The notes: generated by a model from the sequence alone, not told the origin. Shown: positions 46,215 through 58,465, counted from the first letter of the stretch. The stretch is DNA of 64,000 bases from an actinobacterium acAMD-2 (GCA_000754455.1 JNSE01000031.1:29988-93987), one strand, 5' to 3'. Translations and numbers: made by a program.

Positions 46215-47527
46215 TAGCGCAAGAACCCTTCGTAGTTGCGTTGCTGCAACTGGCTCTCGATCTGCTTGACGGTATCGAGACCGACACCGACGATGATCAA
46301 GATACTGGTGCCACCAAAGATGAAGTTTTGTCCCACACCTAAGAACTGGAACGCCACTAATGGCAAGACGGCAATCAGTGCCAAGTACAGCGAACCGGGG
46401 AAGGTGATTCGAGAGATGACGTAGTCCAGGTACTCAGCGGTTGGACGTCCAGCGCGAATACCAGGAATAAACCCACCGAACTTCTTCATGTCATCAGCAA
46501 TATCAACGGGGTTGAAGGTGATGGCGACATAGAAGTAGGTGAAGAAGATGATCAAACCGCCGTATGCCAAGACGTAAAGCGGGTGGTCACCTTGAGTGAA
46601 GTTGTTCTGAATCCACTGTGACCAACCTGGCGGCAACTTGGTTGGATCTGCAGGTGCGACCAATTGGGTAAGCAAGACAGGCAAGTAAAGAAGCGATGAG
46701 GCGAAGATGACAGGGATAACGCCAGCCATGTTCAGCTTCATCGGCAGGTAGGTCGAGGTTCCGCCGTACATACGGCGTCCCACCATGCGCTTGGCGTACT
46801 GAACAGGGATGCGACGTTGTGCCTGCTCGACGAAGATGATGCCCGTGATGATGGCAATACCCACCACGACAACCACCAAGGTCACAAACAAGGACTTGGT
46901 CTTGTAGATCTGCCAGATTTGGCCCGGGAAGCCGGCAATGATCGAGGTAAAGATCAACAACGACATTCCATTACCGACACCGCGGTCAGTGATCAGCTCA
47001 GCAATCCACATGACCAAACCGGTTCCAGCAGTCATGACCAAGACCATCATGATGATGATGAACAACGACTGGTTCGGGATGATGTTTTCGTTACAGCCGA
47101 CAATGAAGCGACCAGGCTCACGCGCAATCGAAATCAATGCGGTGGATTGAAGGACAGCCAATCCCAAGGTGAGGTAACGCGTGTACTGCGTGATCTTGGC
47201 CTGACCTGAGGGTCCCTCTTTTTTCAGGGTCTCAAGGCGCGGAATTACCACGGTTAAGAGTTGGAAGATGATGCTCGCTGTGATGTAAGGCAAGACGCCC
47301 AGCGCGAAGACCGTCAGCTGCAAGAGCGCGCCACCACTGAACAGGTTGATCAGACCATAAATGGAACTGTCACCCACACTGTTAACACAGGTCTGAATGG
47401 CTTCGTACGAAACACCAGGAGTTGGCGTGACAGAACCGAGTCGGAACAAACCGACCATGGCCAACACAAAGAGCAGCTTGCGTCGCAGGTCAGGCGTCTT
47501 GAACGCCGAGACGAATGCGTTAAGCAC
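46214..47527 (-). CDS. secY: preprotein translocase subunit SecY
   Basis: ORF 46214-47575. The GTG at 47527 with GGAGG 6 nt upstream gives (M)LNAFVSAFKTPDLRRKLLF, the canonical SecY N-terminus. Confidence 0.95.
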   Translation of the reverse strand: MLNAFVSAFKTPDLRRKLLFVLAMVGLFRLGSVTPTPGVSYEAIQTCVNSVGDSSIYGLINLFSGGALLQLTVFALGVLPYITASIIFQLLTVVIPRLETLKKEGPSGQAKITQYTRYLTLGLAVLQSTALISIAREPGRFIVGCNENIIPNQSLFIIIMMVLVMTAGTGLVMWIAELITDRGVGNGMSLLIFTSIIAGFPGQIWQIYKTKSLFVTLVVVVVGIAIITGIIFVEQAQRRIPVQYAKRMVGRRMYGGTSTYLPMKLNMAGVIPVIFASSLLYLPVLLTQLVAPADPTKLPPGWSQWIQNNFTQGDHPLYVLAYGGLIIFFTYFYVAITFNPVDIADDMKKFGGFIPGIRAGRPTAEYLDYVISRITFPGSLYLALIAVLPLVAFQFLGVGQNFIFGGTSILIIVGVGLDTVKQIESQLQQRNYEGFLR

Positions 47528-47633
47528 GCGGAGCCTCCTAGTTGATCTTCCTAGCCGTTGAACCCTATGGGGCACATGAGTTCAGGTACACAGTCCATGC
47601 CGAACTTAGGCCCTAGCCGAGCCAGAGTCCAGA

Positions 47634-48074
47634 CTAGATCTGGGTAGCGGTACCGCCAGCGGCAATAATCTTGTCTTTTGCCGAGGCTGAGAACCGATTG
47701 GCCTCAATCTGCAAGGCAACGGTGATCTCGCCCGAACCCAAGATCTTGACCGGCTCGTCCTTGCGGACAGCGCCTGCCTTGACCAGGTCCTCAATGGTGA
47801 CTTCGCCACCGGCTGGGAAGAGTTCGCCCAGCTTGTCGAGGTTGACCACTTGGTATTCAACGCGGAAGGGGTTGGTGAATCCGCGAAGCTTGGGAAGGCG
47901 CATGTGAAGGGGCATTTGGCCACCCTCGAAGCGTGCGGGGACTTGGTAGCGGGCCTTGGTTCCCTTGGTACCGCGACCAGCCGTCTTTCCCTTGCTGGCT
48001 TCACCACGACCCACACGGGTCTTGGCCTTGTGTGAACCTGGCGCTGGGCGCAGGTGATGGACTTTGAGCGTCAT
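47634..48074 (-). CDS. rplO: 50S ribosomal protein L15
   Basis: The ATG at 48074 gives [24 protein letters not shown]. Confidence 0.95.
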   Translation of the reverse strand: MTLKVHHLRPAPGSHKAKTRVGRGEASKGKTAGRGTKGTKARYQVPARFEGGQMPLHMRLPKLRGFTNPFRVEYQVVNLDKLGELFPAGGEVTIEDLVKAGAVRKDEPVKILGSGEITVALQIEANRFSASAKDKIIAAGGTATQI

Positions 48075-48075
48075 A

Positions 48076-48258
48076 TCAGTCAACCTCCTCAACGGTCACG
48101 AGATGTCGGACCGTGTGGACCATGCCACGAATTTCGGGACGGTCTTCCTTAACGACTACATCACCAATGCGCTTGAGGCCAAGCGAGCGGAGAGTGTCGC
48201 GTTGGTTTTGCTTGCCACCGATCTTTGATCGGGTCTGCGTGACTTTCAATCGTGCCAT
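48076..48258 (-). CDS. rpmD: 50S ribosomal protein L30
   Basis: 60 aa: [32 protein letters not shown]... Confidence 0.95.
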   Translation of the reverse strand: MARLKVTQTRSKIGGKQNQRDTLRSLGLKRIGDVVVKEDRPEIRGMVHTVRHLVTVEEVD

Positions 48259-48261
48259 GAG

Positions 48262-48846
48262 TTAGGCCCCCGTTCCAGCGGCCTGAGCTCGCAGCAAGGC
48301 CGCAGGAGCAACATCTTCGACAGGCAATCCGCGGCGGGCCGCAACTGCCTGTGGGCTTTCGAGCATGCGTAGGGCTGCCACGGTGGCGTGAACCACGTTG
48401 ATGGCGTTGTCAGAACCCAAGGACTTGCTCAAGACATCGTGAACGCCAGCGCACTCAAGCACGGCACGCACTGGTCCACCGGCGATAACTCCGGTACCAG
48501 GTGAGGCCGGGCGCAAGAGAACTACGCCAGCAGCGGCTTCACCTTGAACACTGTGCGGGATGGTGCCCTGAATGCGGGGAACGGTGAAGAAGTTGCGCTT
48601 GGCTTCTTCGACACCCTTGGCAATCGCGGCCGGGACTTCCTTGGCCTTGCCATAACCCACACCAACTTGACCATTGCCGTCGCCGACAACAACCAGAGCG
48701 GTGAAACTAAAGCGACGTCCACCCTTAACCACCTTGGACACGCGGTTGATCGTTACCACGCGCTCGAGGTAAGCACTCTTTTCCGCGGCTGGTCCACGGC
48801 CATCACGACGGTCGCGGCGTTCGTTGCCGCCTGCAGCGCCTGCCAT
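48262..48846 (-). CDS. rpsE: 30S ribosomal protein S5
   Basis: The ATG at 48846 gives [16 protein letters not shown]...[40 protein letters not shown] (194 aa). The 329-aa track ORF is an upstream read-through artefact. Confidence 0.93.
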   Translation of the reverse strand: MAGAAGGNERRDRRDGRGPAAEKSAYLERVVTINRVSKVVKGGRRFSFTALVVVGDGNGQVGVGYGKAKEVPAAIAKGVEEAKRNFFTVPRIQGTIPHSVQGEAAAGVVLLRPASPGTGVIAGGPVRAVLECAGVHDVLSKSLGSDNAINVVHATVAALRMLESPQAVAARRGLPVEDVAPAALLRAQAAGTGA

Positions 48847-48886
48847 CAGTTGACCCTCGTTTCTGTAGTTGCTGAAGTCATCGTCA

Positions 48887-49273
48887 TTAGAAGTCGAGAC
48901 CTCCTTCGCGGGCGCCATCAGCCAAAGCTGCAACGCGTCCGGCGTAACGGTTTCCACCACGGTCAAACACGACCGTGCTGATGCCGGCGTCCTTGGCGCG
49001 CTGGGCGATGTTGCCACCCACAGAGCGAGCCTTGGCCGTCTTGTCGTCGCCACTTGCACGCAGGTCGGCTTCCATTGTGGATGCCGAAGCCAAGGTGCGA
49101 CCAGCAACGTCGTCGACGATCTGCACGAAGAGGTGACGCGTAGAGCGCGTGACCACCAAGCGCGGACGGTCGGGGGTGCCGCTGACCTTCTTGCGAACGC
49201 GAATGTGGCGGCGGCGACGACCAATGGTCTTGGGGTTGGTGGGAGTACCACTCAACTTTACGGAGACAGCCAT
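48887..49273 (-). CDS. rplR: 50S ribosomal protein L18
   Basis: 128 aa: ...[37 protein letters not shown]...[25 protein letters not shown]. Confidence 0.95.
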   Translation of the reverse strand: MAVSVKLSGTPTNPKTIGRRRRHIRVRKKVSGTPDRPRLVVTRSTRHLFVQIVDDVAGRTLASASTMEADLRASGDDKTAKARSVGGNIAQRAKDAGISTVVFDRGGNRYAGRVAALADGAREGGLDF

Positions 49274-49276
49274 GGC

Positions 49277-49816
49277 TTACTTACCCGCCTTTCCGACCTT
49301 GCGGCGAACGACTTCACCTTGGTAACGCACGCCCTTACCCTTGTACGGGTCAGGCTTACGCAACTTGCGGATATTGGCGGACACTTCGCCCACACGCTGC
49401 TTGTTAATCCCACTGACGTGGAAGCGAGTGGGTGATTCCACCTCGAAGGAGATTCCTTCAGGAGCTTCAACAATGACCGGGTGGCTAAAGCCAAGAGCGA
49501 ACTCAAGGTTGTTGCCAGCGGCGGCCACACGGTAACCAACGCCAACAATCTCCAGCGTCTTCTTGTAGCCCTCGGTGACACCCACGACCATGTTATTGAT
49601 CAAAGTGCGCGACAGACCATGAAGCGAACGGTTGCGGCGGTCGTCATCGGGGCGTTCCACACCGATGGATCCGTCGTCATTGCGAACAACCTTGATGGGC
49701 TCAACGATGATCTCGCTCAAAGTTCCCTTGGGACCCTTGACCGTGACTTCTTGGCCGTCAACGTTGATTTCGACACCGTTAGGAATGGTGATCGGCATAC
49801 GTCCAATACGTGACAT
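49277..49816 (-). CDS. rplF: 50S ribosomal protein L6
   Basis: 179 aa: [31 protein letters not shown]... Confidence 0.95.
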   Translation of the reverse strand: MSRIGRMPITIPNGVEINVDGQEVTVKGPKGTLSEIIVEPIKVVRNDDGSIGVERPDDDRRNRSLHGLSRTLINNMVVGVTEGYKKTLEIVGVGYRVAAAGNNLEFALGFSHPVIVEAPEGISFEVESPTRFHVSGINKQRVGEVSANIRKLRKPDPYKGKGVRYQGEVVRRKVGKAGK

Positions 49817-49831
49817 TTCGATGACCTCCCG

Positions 49832-50236
49832 TTACCAGACGTAGGCGAGAACTTCTCCGCCTACACCCTGCTTAGCGGCCTGTCGGTCAGTCAAAAGACC
49901 GGACGAGGTCGAGATGATCGCAATGCCTAGGCCGCCAAGGACCTTAGGAAGTGCGGTGGACTTTGCGTACACGCGAAGACCGGGCTTGGAAACGCGCTTG
50001 ATGCCGGCGATTGAACGCTCGCGGTTGGGGCCGTACTTCAGGTCAAGACGCAAGGTCTTGCCTACGCCGCCTTCAGCATCTTCCACGCTCCAGCTACCGA
50101 TGTAACCCTCACGCTTGAGGATGTCGGCGACGTGCGTCTTGATGTTGCTTGATGGCATGAGAACGACGTCGTGGTACGCAGAGTTTGCGTTCCGGACGCG
50201 GGTCAGCATGTCCGCAATCGGGTCTGTCATGGTCAT
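49832..50236 (-). CDS. rpsH: 30S ribosomal protein S8
   Basis: 134 aa: [17 protein letters not shown]... Confidence 0.95.
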   Translation of the reverse strand: MTMTDPIADMLTRVRNANSAYHDVVLMPSSNIKTHVADILKREGYIGSWSVEDAEGGVGKTLRLDLKYGPNRERSIAGIKRVSKPGLRVYAKSTALPKVLGGLGIAIISTSSGLLTDRQAAKQGVGGEVLAYVW

Positions 50237-50299
50237 GTGCTTGGCCTCAAGGCCTTTCTCGTCGTGGTTTCCCCGCAGGGACCTTCGTCGTAGTGGTAG

Positions 50300-50485
50300 T
50301 TACCAGCTGCTCTTGGTGATGCCGGGGAGTTCGCCGCGGTGTGCCATCTCGCGAAGGCAGATACGGCACAAACCGAACTTGCGATACACAGCGTGCGGAC
50401 GACCGCAACGATTGCATCGGGTGTAGCCGCGAACCTTGAACTTCGGCTTGCGCTCTGCCTTATTGACTAGGGCCTTCTTTGCCAT
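50300..50485 (-). CDS. rpsN: 30S ribosomal protein S14 type Z (Zn-binding, 61 aa)
   Basis: The ATG at 50485 gives [61 protein letters not shown] (CxxC...CxxC). Confidence 0.93.
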   Translation of the reverse strand: MAKKALVNKAERKPKFKVRGYTRCNRCGRPHAVYRKFGLCRICLREMAHRGELPGITKSSW

Positions 50486-50486
50486 A

Positions 50487-51047
50487 TCAGTTCTCCTTGA
50501 AGGGAAAGCCCAGGCGGCGAAGCAGTGCCCGGCCCTCGTCGTCATTGATGGCCGTGGTCACGATGGTGATGTCCATTCCGCGAACTCGGTCAATCTTGTC
50601 TTGATCGATCTCGTGGAACATGGACTGTTCGGTGAGACCAAAGGTGTAGTTGCCGCGACCGTCAAAGTGCTTGGGAGACAAGCCACGGAAGTCACGGATA
50701 CGAGGAAGCGCCACTGACAACAGGCGGTCCAAGAACTCCCACATGCGGTCGCCACGCAAGGTGGTGTGCGCGCCAATGGGCATTCCTTCACGCAACTTGA
50801 ACTGCGCGATTGACTTGCGAGCCTTCGTCACGGTCGGCTTTTGGCCGGTGATGGCGGACAGGTCGCGGACGGCACCATCGATGAGCTTGGAGTCACGAGC
50901 GGCTTCACCCACACCCATGTTGACGACAATCTTGGTAACGGTGGGTACCTGCATGACGTTGGCGTACGAGAACTCTTCGCGCAAGGCGGGAGAGATCTCT
51001 TCGCGGTAGCGAAGCTTCAAACGCGGTGAGTTAGAAGTGTCAGTCAT
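50487..51047 (-). CDS. rplE: 50S ribosomal protein L5
   Basis: 186 aa: ...[11 protein letters not shown]...[20 protein letters not shown]... Confidence 0.95.
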   Translation of the reverse strand: MTDTSNSPRLKLRYREEISPALREEFSYANVMQVPTVTKIVVNMGVGEAARDSKLIDGAVRDLSAITGQKPTVTKARKSIAQFKLREGMPIGAHTTLRGDRMWEFLDRLLSVALPRIRDFRGLSPKHFDGRGNYTFGLTEQSMFHEIDQDKIDRVRGMDITIVTTAINDDEGRALLRRLGFPFKEN

Positions 51048-51388
51048 CAGATGTCCTTACCGGTTCGCTTTGAAATTCGCACGCTGCGCTCTTTGGTGCC
51101 GCCGTTGGGCAGCTCCACAGATTCCTTGCGGAAGCCAACGCGCGTAGGCTTCTTGGTCTCGGGGTCCACCAACATGACGTTGCTGACGTGGATCGGAGAC
51201 TCAGTGGTGATGATCCCGCCTTGCTTGGAACCAAACTGCGTCTGCTCGACCTTGGTGTGACGCGTTACGCGGTTCACACCCTCGACCAGGAGCTTGTCGG
51301 TCTCGGGGAAGGCAGCAATGACCTTGCCCTGGAGACCCTTGTCGCGTCCTGAAATGACCTGTACGAGGTCGCCCTTTTTGATGTTCAT
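51047..51388 (-). CDS. rplX: 50S ribosomal protein L24
   Basis: 113 aa: [25 protein letters not shown]... Confidence 0.95.
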   Translation of the reverse strand: MNIKKGDLVQVISGRDKGLQGKVIAAFPETDKLLVEGVNRVTRHTKVEQTQFGSKQGGIITTESPIHVSNVMLVDPETKKPTRVGFRKESVELPNGGTKERSVRISKRTGKDI

Positions 51389-51756
51389 CAGAGCACCTCC
51401 GGCGCTAACGAAATGATCTTCATGAACTTCTTGTCGCGAAGTTCACGGCCGACTGGACCAAAGATGCGGGTACCACGAGGCTCACCATCGCCCTTGAGGA
51501 TGACGGCAGCGTTCTCGTCGAACTTGATGTACGAACCATCGGGACGACGACGCTCCTTGGTGGTGCGAACGATGACTGCCTTGACGACGTCACCCTTCTT
51601 CACACCGCCACCGGGGATGGCGTCCTTGACTGTGGCGACGATGACGTCACCGATACCGGCATAACGCCGACCCGAACCGCCGAGAACGCGGATGCACAAG
51701 ATTTCCTTGGCACCGGTGTTGTCGGCGACGCGAAGCCGCGACTCCTGCTGGATCAC
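51388..51756 (-). CDS. rplN: 50S ribosomal protein L14
   Basis: The GTG at 51756 with AGGAG upstream gives (M)[27 protein letters not shown] (122 aa). The track ORF is N-terminally over-extended. Confidence 0.95.
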   Translation of the reverse strand: MIQQESRLRVADNTGAKEILCIRVLGGSGRRYAGIGDVIVATVKDAIPGGGVKKGDVVKAVIVRTTKERRRPDGSYIKFDENAAVILKGDGEPRGTRIFGPVGRELRDKKFMKIISLAPEVL

Positions 51757-51817
51757 GATTACTCCTGATGTGTCTGCTGGTTCTCTTACCGAGCCTGGCG
51801 GAACGGACGGGTGGGTG

Positions 51818-52087
51818 TTACTTGGCCTTTTCGAGAATTTCAACCACTCGCCAGCGCTTGGTGGCTGAGAGTGGGCGGGTTTCCATGATCAAGACGCGGT
51901 CGCCGATACCGGCAGCGTTGTCTTCATCGTGGGCCTTGAGCTTGTTGGTACGGCGAACGACCTTGCTGTACACCGCGTGCTTGAAGCGGTCTTCAACAGC
52001 GACGACGACGGTCTTATCCATCTTGTCGCTGACGACCAGACCTTCGCGCACCTTGCGGTCTGTGCGATCGATGCTGTTTTCACTCAT
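51818..52087 (-). CDS. rpsQ: 30S ribosomal protein S17
   Basis: 89 aa: ...[44 protein letters not shown]... Confidence 0.95.
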   Translation of the reverse strand: MSENSIDRTDRKVREGLVVSDKMDKTVVVAVEDRFKHAVYSKVVRRTNKLKAHDEDNAAGIGDRVLIMETRPLSATKRWRVVEILEKAK

Positions 52088-52314
52088 GCTGCACCGCCTT
52101 CGTAGGAGGTAATGCCGAGCTCGCGCTCACGCATGATGGTGTAAATCCGCGCAATGTCCTTGCGGACTGAACGCAGACGTCCATGACTTTCAAGCTGACC
52201 AGTGGCCGCTTGAAACCTAAGGTTGAACAGTTCTTCCTTCGATTCGCGCAACTTGATGACCAATCCTTCGTCATCGAGCTCGCGGATCTCAGTAATACTG
52301 GCGTTGACGGCCAT
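52084..52314 (-). CDS. rpmC: 50S ribosomal protein L29
   Basis: 76 aa: ...[48 protein letters not shown]... Confidence 0.93.
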   Translation of the reverse strand: MAVNASITEIRELDDEGLVIKLRESKEELFNLRFQAATGQLESHGRLRSVRKDIARIYTIMRERELGITSYEGGAA

Positions 52315-52734
52315 TTATGCCTCACCTGCCTCGCGCCGAATAATTCGGCACTTCATTGGAAGCTTGTGCACGGCGCGGGTCAAAGCTTCTTTCGCCACCT
52401 TCTCGTTGGGGAAAGACAACTCGAACATCACGCGTCCGGGCTTAACGTTGGCCACCCACCATTCGGGTGAACCCTTACCAGAACCCATGCGGGTTTCAGC
52501 AGGCTTCTTGGTCAACGGACGGTCTGGATAAATAGTGATCCAGACCTTGCCACCACGACGGATGTGACGCGTGATCGCAATACGAGCAGCCTCAATCTGA
52601 CGGTTGGTGACATAAGCCGGCTCAAGGGCTTGAATGCCCCATTCGCCGAAAACTACGCGAGTACCACCAGAAGCTGCACCGTGACGATCCGGGCGGTGCT
52701 GCTTGCGGTACTTCACTTTGCGAGGAATCAACAT
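52315..52734 (-). CDS. rplP: 50S ribosomal protein L16
   Basis: The ATG at 52734 gives [15 protein letters not shown]... Confidence 0.95.
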   Translation of the reverse strand: MLIPRKVKYRKQHRPDRHGAASGGTRVVFGEWGIQALEPAYVTNRQIEAARIAITRHIRRGGKVWITIYPDRPLTKKPAETRMGSGKGSPEWWVANVKPGRVMFELSFPNEKVAKEALTRAVHKLPMKCRIIRREAGEA

Positions 52735-52735
52735 G

Positions 52736-53569
52736 TCATGCCCCCTCAGTGGTTTCAGTAACAACAACAGGAGCAGCTTCGGTAACCACTGCTACGGACT
52801 CAGCAGATTCCGAGGTGATGACAGCTTCGGCTTCGGTGCGACGTGGACGACCACCGGTGCGAGGGGTCGAGGGACGGCCGCGACTAGCAGCGCGCTCCAA
52901 GGCTTCCTTCTGGGCACGCTCTGCACGGCCACCGATGAGGTCACCCTTGTAGATCCACACCTTGACACCAATGCGACCGAAGGTGGTACGCGCCTCATAG
53001 AAGCCGTAGTCGATATCGGCACGCAGGGTGTGCAGCGGCACACGACCTTCGCGGTAGAACTCCGAGCGTGACATTTCAGCGCCACCCAAACGGCCAGACA
53101 CCTGAACTCGGATGCCCTTGGCACCAGACTTCATGGTCCCTTGCATGGACTTACGCATGGCACGACGGAACGAAACTCGGCTGGACAGTTGCTCAGCAAC
53201 ACCCTGGGCCACAAGTTGTGCGTCAATCTCAGGGTTCTTGACCTCAAGAATGTTCAACTGGACCTGCTTGCCGGTGAGCTTTTCCAGGTCGCCACGAATG
53301 CGGTCTGCTTCGGCTCCACGACGACCAATGACGATGCCTGGGCGTGCGGTGTGGATGTCCACGCGAACGCGATCACGGGTGCGCTCGATTTCGACGCGAG
53401 AAATTCCGGCGCGCTCCATGCCCTTAGTCATGAGTTCGCGGATGGCGACGTCTTCCTTGATGTAGTCGCGGTAACGCTGACCTACAGCACTGCTGTCAGC
53501 AAACCAACGCGACCGAAACTCGGAAGTAATTCCAAGTCGGAAGCCATGGGGGTTAACTTTCTGGCCCAC
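52736..53569 (-). CDS. rpsC: 30S ribosomal protein S3 (with C-terminal extension)
   Basis: 277 aa: [24 protein letters not shown]... Confidence 0.95.
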   Translation of the reverse strand: MGQKVNPHGFRLGITSEFRSRWFADSSAVGQRYRDYIKEDVAIRELMTKGMERAGISRVEIERTRDRVRVDIHTARPGIVIGRRGAEADRIRGDLEKLTGKQVQLNILEVKNPEIDAQLVAQGVAEQLSSRVSFRRAMRKSMQGTMKSGAKGIRVQVSGRLGGAEMSRSEFYREGRVPLHTLRADIDYGFYEARTTFGRIGVKVWIYKGDLIGGRAERAQKEALERAASRGRPSTPRTGGRPRRTEAEAVITSESAESVAVVTEAAPVVVTETTEGA

Positions 53570-53925
53570 TAGCTGGTCCCACCCTTCGATTGATCAACCG
53601 AAGCAACAACAACGGTGATGTGGCTGGTGCGCTTACGGATGCGGTACGCACGGCCTTGGGCGCGCGGACGGAAACGCTTCATGGTCGGGCCTTCGTCAAC
53701 GTAGGCCTCCGACACGATCAGGGTCGCGGGGTTGATGCGCAAGTTGTTCTCTGCGTTGGCCACCGCGCTAGCGAGGACCTTTCCCACGGGCTCGCTTGCA
53801 GCCTGAGGGGCGAACCGCAGAATTGCTGCAGCATCGGCCGCCGGAAGGCCACGAATCAGGTCAACGACCCGTCGTGCCTTCATGGGCGTAACGCGGACGT
53901 ACCGCGCCTGGGCCCTGGCTTCCAT
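53569..53925 (-). CDS. rplV: 50S ribosomal protein L22
   Basis: 118 aa: [26 protein letters not shown]... Confidence 0.95.
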   Translation of the reverse strand: MEARAQARYVRVTPMKARRVVDLIRGLPAADAAAILRFAPQAASEPVGKVLASAVANAENNLRINPATLIVSEAYVDEGPTMKRFRPRAQGRAYRIRKRTSHITVVVASVDQSKGGTS

Positions 53926-53974
53926 GTCTTACTCCTGACTCGTGTGTGAACTGAACTCTTGATGTAAACGCTGT

Positions 53975-54256
53975 TTAGCGGTTACGAGACTTTCGGTCGT
54001 CCTTGATGTGGCCGCGGAAGGTACGGGTGGGAGCAAACTCACCGAGTTTGTGACCAACCATGGATTCCGTGACAAAAACCGGCACGTGCTTGCGACCATC
54101 GTGAACGGCCATGGTGTGGCCGAGCATGGCAGGCACGATCATGGAGCGGCGCGACCACGTCTTGATGACGTTCTTCGTGCCAGCCTCGTTCTGAGCGTCG
54201 ACCTTCTTCATCAGATGGTCGTCGACGAACGGACCCTTTTTCAAACTGCGAGGCAT
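53975..54256 (-). CDS. rpsS: 30S ribosomal protein S19
   Basis: 93 aa: [19 protein letters not shown]... Confidence 0.95.
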   Translation of the reverse strand: MPRSLKKGPFVDDHLMKKVDAQNEAGTKNVIKTWSRRSMIVPAMLGHTMAVHDGRKHVPVFVTESMVGHKLGEFAPTRTFRGHIKDDRKSRNR

Positions 54257-54268
54257 GAACTAGTACTC

Positions 54269-55105
54269 CTAGCGCTTCTTGTTCGACTTGCGGCGACGGA
54301 CGATGTACTTGTCACTTGCTTTGTTCTTCTTACGGGTACGGCCTTCGGCTTGTCCCCAAGGACTGACTGGGTGACGACCACCGGAGGTCTTACCTTCACC
54401 ACCACCGTGTGGGTGGTCAACCGGGTTCATAGCCACACCACGAACGGTTGGGCGCTTGCCCTTCCAACGCATACGGCCGGCCTTACCCCAGTTGATGTTG
54501 GATTGTTCGGCGTTGCCGACTTCTCCCACAGTGGCGCGGTTACGCACATCCACGTTGCGGATTTCGCCAGAGGGCAGACGCAACTGAGCGAAGCGACCTT
54601 CCTTGGCGACGAGCTGCACGCTGGCCCCAGCTGAACGAGCCAGCTTGGCGCCGCCACCGGGACGCAATTCAATAGCGTGAATCACGGTACCGACGGGGAT
54701 ATTACGCAAAGGCAAGTTGTTTCCGGGCTTGATGTCGGCGGTGGGACCACTTTCGATCTTGTCGCCTTGAGCCACCTTGTTCGGGGCAATGATGTAACGC
54801 TTCTCGCCATCGGCGTAGTGCAGCAAAGCAATACGCGCGGTGCGGTTGGGGTCGTACTCAATGTGAGCAACGGTGGCGGGAACGCCATCCTTGTCCGCAC
54901 GACGGAAGTCAATAACACGGTAGGCACGCTTGTGGCCGCCACCTTGGTGACGGGTAGTGATCCGACCGGTGTTGTTACGTCCACCCTTGCTGTGCAGCGG
55001 GCGCACCAACGACTTCTCCGGCTGAGACCGCGTGATCTCAGCGAAGTCGGCAACACTTGAGCCACGACGGCCTGGTGTTGTCGGCTTGTACTTACGGATA
55101 CCCAT
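54269..55105 (-). CDS. rplB: 50S ribosomal protein L2
   Basis: 278 aa: [21 protein letters not shown]... Confidence 0.95.
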   Translation of the reverse strand: MGIRKYKPTTPGRRGSSVADFAEITRSQPEKSLVRPLHSKGGRNNTGRITTRHQGGGHKRAYRVIDFRRADKDGVPATVAHIEYDPNRTARIALLHYADGEKRYIIAPNKVAQGDKIESGPTADIKPGNNLPLRNIPVGTVIHAIELRPGGGAKLARSAGASVQLVAKEGRFAQLRLPSGEIRNVDVRNRATVGEVGNAEQSNINWGKAGRMRWKGKRPTVRGVAMNPVDHPHGGGEGKTSGGRHPVSPWGQAEGRTRKKNKASDKYIVRRRKSNKKR

Positions 55106-55139
55106 GGTGTTTTCCCTTAATCGTTAGGTGAGTCGGTCC

Positions 55140-55439
55140 TTAGGAGACCGGCCCTCCGAAAATGTCGATGCGCTGACCTGGTGTGACACTGACAATCGCG
55201 CGCTTAGTGGCTGCACGGCGGCCAAATCCTGACCTCGTACGGATGCGCTTGCCCTGACGGTTGGCAGTGTTAACCGACACGACAGTGACGTTGAAAACCT
55301 GCTCAACGGCGATCTTGATCTGAGTCTTGTTGGCCCGAGGGTCAACCAAGAAGGTGTACTTGTTCTCGTCAAGAAGGCTGTAGCTCTTCTCGGAGACCAC
55401 GGGCGCAAGCAAAATGTCGCGCGGATCAGCGATTCTCAT
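55140..55439 (-). CDS. rplW: 50S ribosomal protein L23
   Basis: 99 aa: ...[39 protein letters not shown]... Confidence 0.95.
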   Translation of the reverse strand: MRIADPRDILLAPVVSEKSYSLLDENKYTFLVDPRANKTQIKIAVEQVFNVTVVSVNTANRQGKRIRTRSGFGRRAATKRAIVSVTPGQRIDIFGGPVS

Positions 55440-56125
55440 GCGTCGCTCCCATCAATCTCAGACTCGGATGCGACAGCCTTGACGGACTTGCCGCGAGGTG
55501 CTCCATCAAGGAAGGTGTCAATCGACGCCTTGGTGAAGACCACGTCGTCACTGATCAGGACGTCGTAGGTGTTCAACTGATCTGGAGTGATCAAGTGAAT
55601 GTTGACCAGGTTGCGCAATGAACGCCACGAGGTTTCCTCGCTACGGTCCAAGACAACCAGGATGTTCTTACGCTCGGTCAAGTTGCTGATCGCGCCAAGA
55701 GCTTCCTTGGTCGAAGGTGCGCTGCCATCAATGAATGACGTCAGGACGTGGACGCGACCATTACGAGCGCGATCCGACAAAGCCCCACGCAAAGCGGCGG
55801 CCTTCATCTTCTTGGGGGTGCGCTGGCTGTAGTCACGAGGCTGAGGTCCGTGCACCACTCCACCACCGGCGAACTGAGGGGCGCGGATCGAACCCTGACG
55901 GGCACGACCAGTTCCCTTCTGTGCGTACGGCTTCTTACCACCACCGCGGACTTCGCCGCGAGTCTTGGTGGCGTGGGTGCCCTGACGAGCAGCAGCCAAC
56001 TGAGCCACAACTACTTGGTGGATCAACGGAATGTTGACCGTCACATCAAAAATTTCCTCGGGCAGTTCAATGCTGCCCTTGCTCTCGCCCGTGGGGGTGC
56101 GCAAGTCAATGCTGGTCATCGTCAC
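55436..56125 (-). CDS. rplD: 50S ribosomal protein L4
   Basis: 229 aa: ...[43 protein letters not shown]... Confidence 0.95.
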   Translation of the reverse strand: MTMTSIDLRTPTGESKGSIELPEEIFDVTVNIPLIHQVVVAQLAAARQGTHATKTRGEVRGGGKKPYAQKGTGRARQGSIRAPQFAGGGVVHGPQPRDYSQRTPKKMKAAALRGALSDRARNGRVHVLTSFIDGSAPSTKEALGAISNLTERKNILVVLDRSEETSWRSLRNLVNIHLITPDQLNTYDVLISDDVVFTKASIDTFLDGAPRGKSVKAVASESEIDGSDA

Positions 56126-56766
56126 GCTCCCTTCACTGCGTTACGAACCAAGACGAGTCCGCCCTTGGGACCAGGGATTGCACCCTTTACCAAGACCAAG
56201 CCCTTTTCGGCGTCGATGGAGTGGACGGTCAGGCTCTGCGTGGTCTGACGATCGCCACCCATGCGGCCCGCCATGCGCATACCGCGGAACACGCGACCTG
56301 GGGTGGCGCAAGCGCCAATCGAACCAGGCTTGCGGTGGTTGCGGTGAGCACCGTGCGAGGAACTCACACCAGCGAAGCCGTGACGCTTCATCACACCGGC
56401 GTAGCCCTTGCCCTTGGTGGTACCGGTGACGTCAACGAGTTGACCGGCTTCAAAAACTTCAGCGGTGATTTCTTGACCCAGCTCGTACTCAGCAGCATCG
56501 TCGGTGCGCAATTCAACCAAGTGGCGACGAGGCGTAACCCCGGCCTTGGCGAAGTGTCCAGCAGCAGGCTTGTTGACCTTACGTGGGTCAATCGCGCCAA
56601 ACGCCAGTTGCACAGCTGAGTAACCATCAACGTCAGGGGTACGAACCTGCGTTACAACGCATGGTCCGGCCGCAATGACCGTAACGGGGACGATCTTGTT
56701 GTTCTCGTCCCATACCTGGGTCATACCGAGCTTGGTGCCCAGCACTCCCTTGACCTGCCTGCTCAT
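56122..56766 (-). CDS. rplC: 50S ribosomal protein L3
   Basis: 214 aa: ...[26 protein letters not shown]... Confidence 0.95.
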   Translation of the reverse strand: MSRQVKGVLGTKLGMTQVWDENNKIVPVTVIAAGPCVVTQVRTPDVDGYSAVQLAFGAIDPRKVNKPAAGHFAKAGVTPRRHLVELRTDDAAEYELGQEITAEVFEAGQLVDVTGTTKGKGYAGVMKRHGFAGVSSSHGAHRNHRKPGSIGACATPGRVFRGMRMAGRMGGDRQTTQSLTVHSIDAEKGLVLVKGAIPGPKGGLVLVRNAVKGA

Positions 56767-56778
56767 TGTCGTAGTCCC

Positions 56779-57087
56779 TTAGAGCTTGATCTCGATGTCG
56801 ACACCAGCCGGAAGGTCGAGACGCATTAGCGAATCAACCGTCTTGGGCGTGGGGTCGAGAATGTCGATGAGACGCTTGTGCGTGCGCATCTCAAAGTGTT
56901 CGCGACTGTCCTTGTACTTGTGTGGTGAACGGATCACACAGAACACGTTCTTTTCCGTGGGCAACGGCACCGGGCCAGCGACCTTTGCACCAGTACGCGT
57001 CACCGTGTCAACGATTTTGCGCGCTGACGAATCGATGACCTCGTGGTCATAGGCCTTCAACCTGATGCGGATCTTTTGTCCCGCCAT
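56779..57087 (-). CDS. rpsJ: 30S ribosomal protein S10
   Basis: 102 aa: [29 protein letters not shown]... Confidence 0.95.
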   Translation of the reverse strand: MAGQKIRIRLKAYDHEVIDSSARKIVDTVTRTGAKVAGPVPLPTEKNVFCVIRSPHKYKDSREHFEMRTHKRLIDILDPTPKTVDSLMRLDLPAGVDIEIKL

Positions 57088-57138
57088 GGTGGCTACGTGT
57101 CCTTAACTGTGGTCCGGATAGTGCAGGGGGTGGATGGC

Positions 57139-57167
57139 CCGGGGCGCCAAGTGACTTGGCGCCCCGG
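57139..57167 (-). terminator. tuf terminator-like hairpin (perfect 13-bp GC-rich stem, 3-nt loop)
   Basis: CCGGGGCGCCAAG-TGA-CTTGGCGCCCCGG begins 6 nt after the tuf stop. No U tract, as is often the case in actinobacteria. Confidence 0.6.
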
Positions 57168-57172
57168 AGTCA

Positions 57173-58366
57173 TCACTTGAGGATCTTGGTAACTCGTCCA
57201 GCTCCCACGGTGCGGCCACCTTCGCGGATTGCGAAGCGAAGACCGTCCTCCATGGCGATGGGCTGAATCAAAGTGACCGTCATTTCGGTGTCGTCACCAG
57301 GCATGACCATCTCTTTGCCACCGGGCAGGTCCACAACACCGGTCACGTCAGTGGTCCGGAAGTAGAACTGCGGGCGGTAGTTGTTGAAGAACGGAGTGTG
57401 TCGACCACCCTCGTCCTTCGACAAGATGTAGACCGTGGCTTCGAACTCGGTGTGAGGCGTAACCGAACCAGGCTTACAAAGAACCTGGCCACGCTCGACG
57501 TCTTCACGCTTGGTTCCACGCAGCAGAACGCCAACGTTTTCACCAGCTTGACCTTCGTCGAGCAACTTGCGGAACATCTCAATACCGGTAACGGTGCTCT
57601 TCTGAGTGTCTTCGCGGATGCCGATGATCTCGACTTCCTCGTTGACCTTGACGATTCCACGCTCGATACGACCGGTGACAACCGTTCCACGACCAGTGAT
57701 CGTGAAGACGTCTTCAACGGGCATCAAGAAGGGCTTGTCAACGTCGCGCTCGGGGGTCGGGATCGAAGCGTCGACAGCGTTCATCAGCTCAATGATCTTC
57801 TCGCCCCAGGCAGCGTCGCCTTCAAGAGCCTTGAGGGCCGAAACGCGGATGACAGGAATGTCATCGCCAGGGAATTCGTATTGGTTGAGCAATTCACGGA
57901 CTTCGAGTTCCACGAGCTCGAGGATTTCCTCGTCATCAACCATGTCCGACTTGTTCAAGGCAACCACGATCGCGGGGACACCCACCTGGCGGGCCAAGAT
58001 GACGTGCTCCTTGGTCTGAGGCATGGGGCCGTCGGTTGCTGCAACCACGAGGATTGCGCCGTCCATCTGGGCGGCACCGGTGATCATGTTCTTGATGTAG
58101 TCAGCGTGGCCAGGGCAGTCGACGTGTGCGTAGTGACGCGCCTCAGTCTGGTACTCCACGTGAGCAATCGAAATGGTGATACCGCGTTGGCGCTCTTCCG
58201 GCGCCTTGTCAATTTGGTCAAACGGCGTGAATGGGTTCACGTCCGGGTACCGGTCATGCAGCACCTTGGTGATCGCTGCGGTAAGAGTGGTCTTACCGTG
58301 GTCGATGTGGCCAACGGTGCCGATGTTGACGTGCGGCTTAGTCCGTTCAAACTTTGCCTTCGCCAC
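57173..58366 (-). CDS. tuf: elongation factor Tu
   Basis: 397 aa: [32 protein letters not shown]... Confidence 0.97.
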   Translation of the reverse strand: MAKAKFERTKPHVNIGTVGHIDHGKTTLTAAITKVLHDRYPDVNPFTPFDQIDKAPEERQRGITISIAHVEYQTEARHYAHVDCPGHADYIKNMITGAAQMDGAILVVAATDGPMPQTKEHVILARQVGVPAIVVALNKSDMVDDEEILELVELEVRELLNQYEFPGDDIPVIRVSALKALEGDAAWGEKIIELMNAVDASIPTPERDVDKPFLMPVEDVFTITGRGTVVTGRIERGIVKVNEEVEIIGIREDTQKSTVTGIEMFRKLLDEGQAGENVGVLLRGTKREDVERGQVLCKPGSVTPHTEFEATVYILSKDEGGRHTPFFNNYRPQFYFRTTDVTGVVDLPGGKEMVMPGDDTEMTVTLIQPIAMEDGLRFAIREGGRTVGAGRVTKILK

Positions 58367-58431
58367 TGCGTCCTCCTCGGGACTTGATCTTCACGCCGTA
58401 CGACGTCTGATTGATAGTGCGGGTAGTGCAA

Positions 58432-58451
58432 GTTGAGGCGGGTGCCTCAAC
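58432..58451 (-). other. perfect 8-bp hairpin in the fusA-tuf spacer
   Basis: GTTGAGGC-GGGT-GCCTCAAC, 14 nt after the fusA stop. Possible partial terminator or processing stem. Confidence 0.35.
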
Positions 58452-58465
58452 CCTTGTTTCCGGGG

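Noticed and set aside
48262-49251. 329-aa ORF in the track that extends the rpsE frame upstream across rplR
   Set aside because: The canonical S5 N-terminus ([12 protein letters not shown]...[18 protein letters not shown]) starts at ATG 48846. The upstream 135 codons overlap the bona fide L18 gene in another frame, and their Ala/Pro/Arg/Val-rich composition is typical of open non-coding frames in GC-rich DNA.
51388-51843. N-terminally over-extended track ORFs: rplN 151 aa, rpsM 152 aa, rpsN 81 aa, rplP 150 aa, rpsL 134 aa, secY 453 aa, sucC 408 aa, rpiA 250 aa, bldM-like 224 aa, whiB 123 aa
   Set aside because: In each case an internal ATG/GTG preceded by a Shine-Dalgarno-like sequence reproduces the conserved family N-terminus. 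The longest-ORF starts would overlap upstream genes or add non-conserved residues.
57398-58387. Long plus-strand ORFs antisense to highly conserved genes: 57398-58387 vs tuf, 59060-59833 vs fusA, 267-905 vs icd, 1337-1978 vs mdh, 38037-38690 vs glmM, 40793-41431 vs rplQ, 4766-5488 vs purH, and others
   Set aside because: These are shadow ORFs. They lie entirely within strongly supported genes on the opposite strand, have no recognisable motifs or SD sequences, and have skewed composition. They are the expected consequence of stop-codon depletion in high-GC coding DNA.
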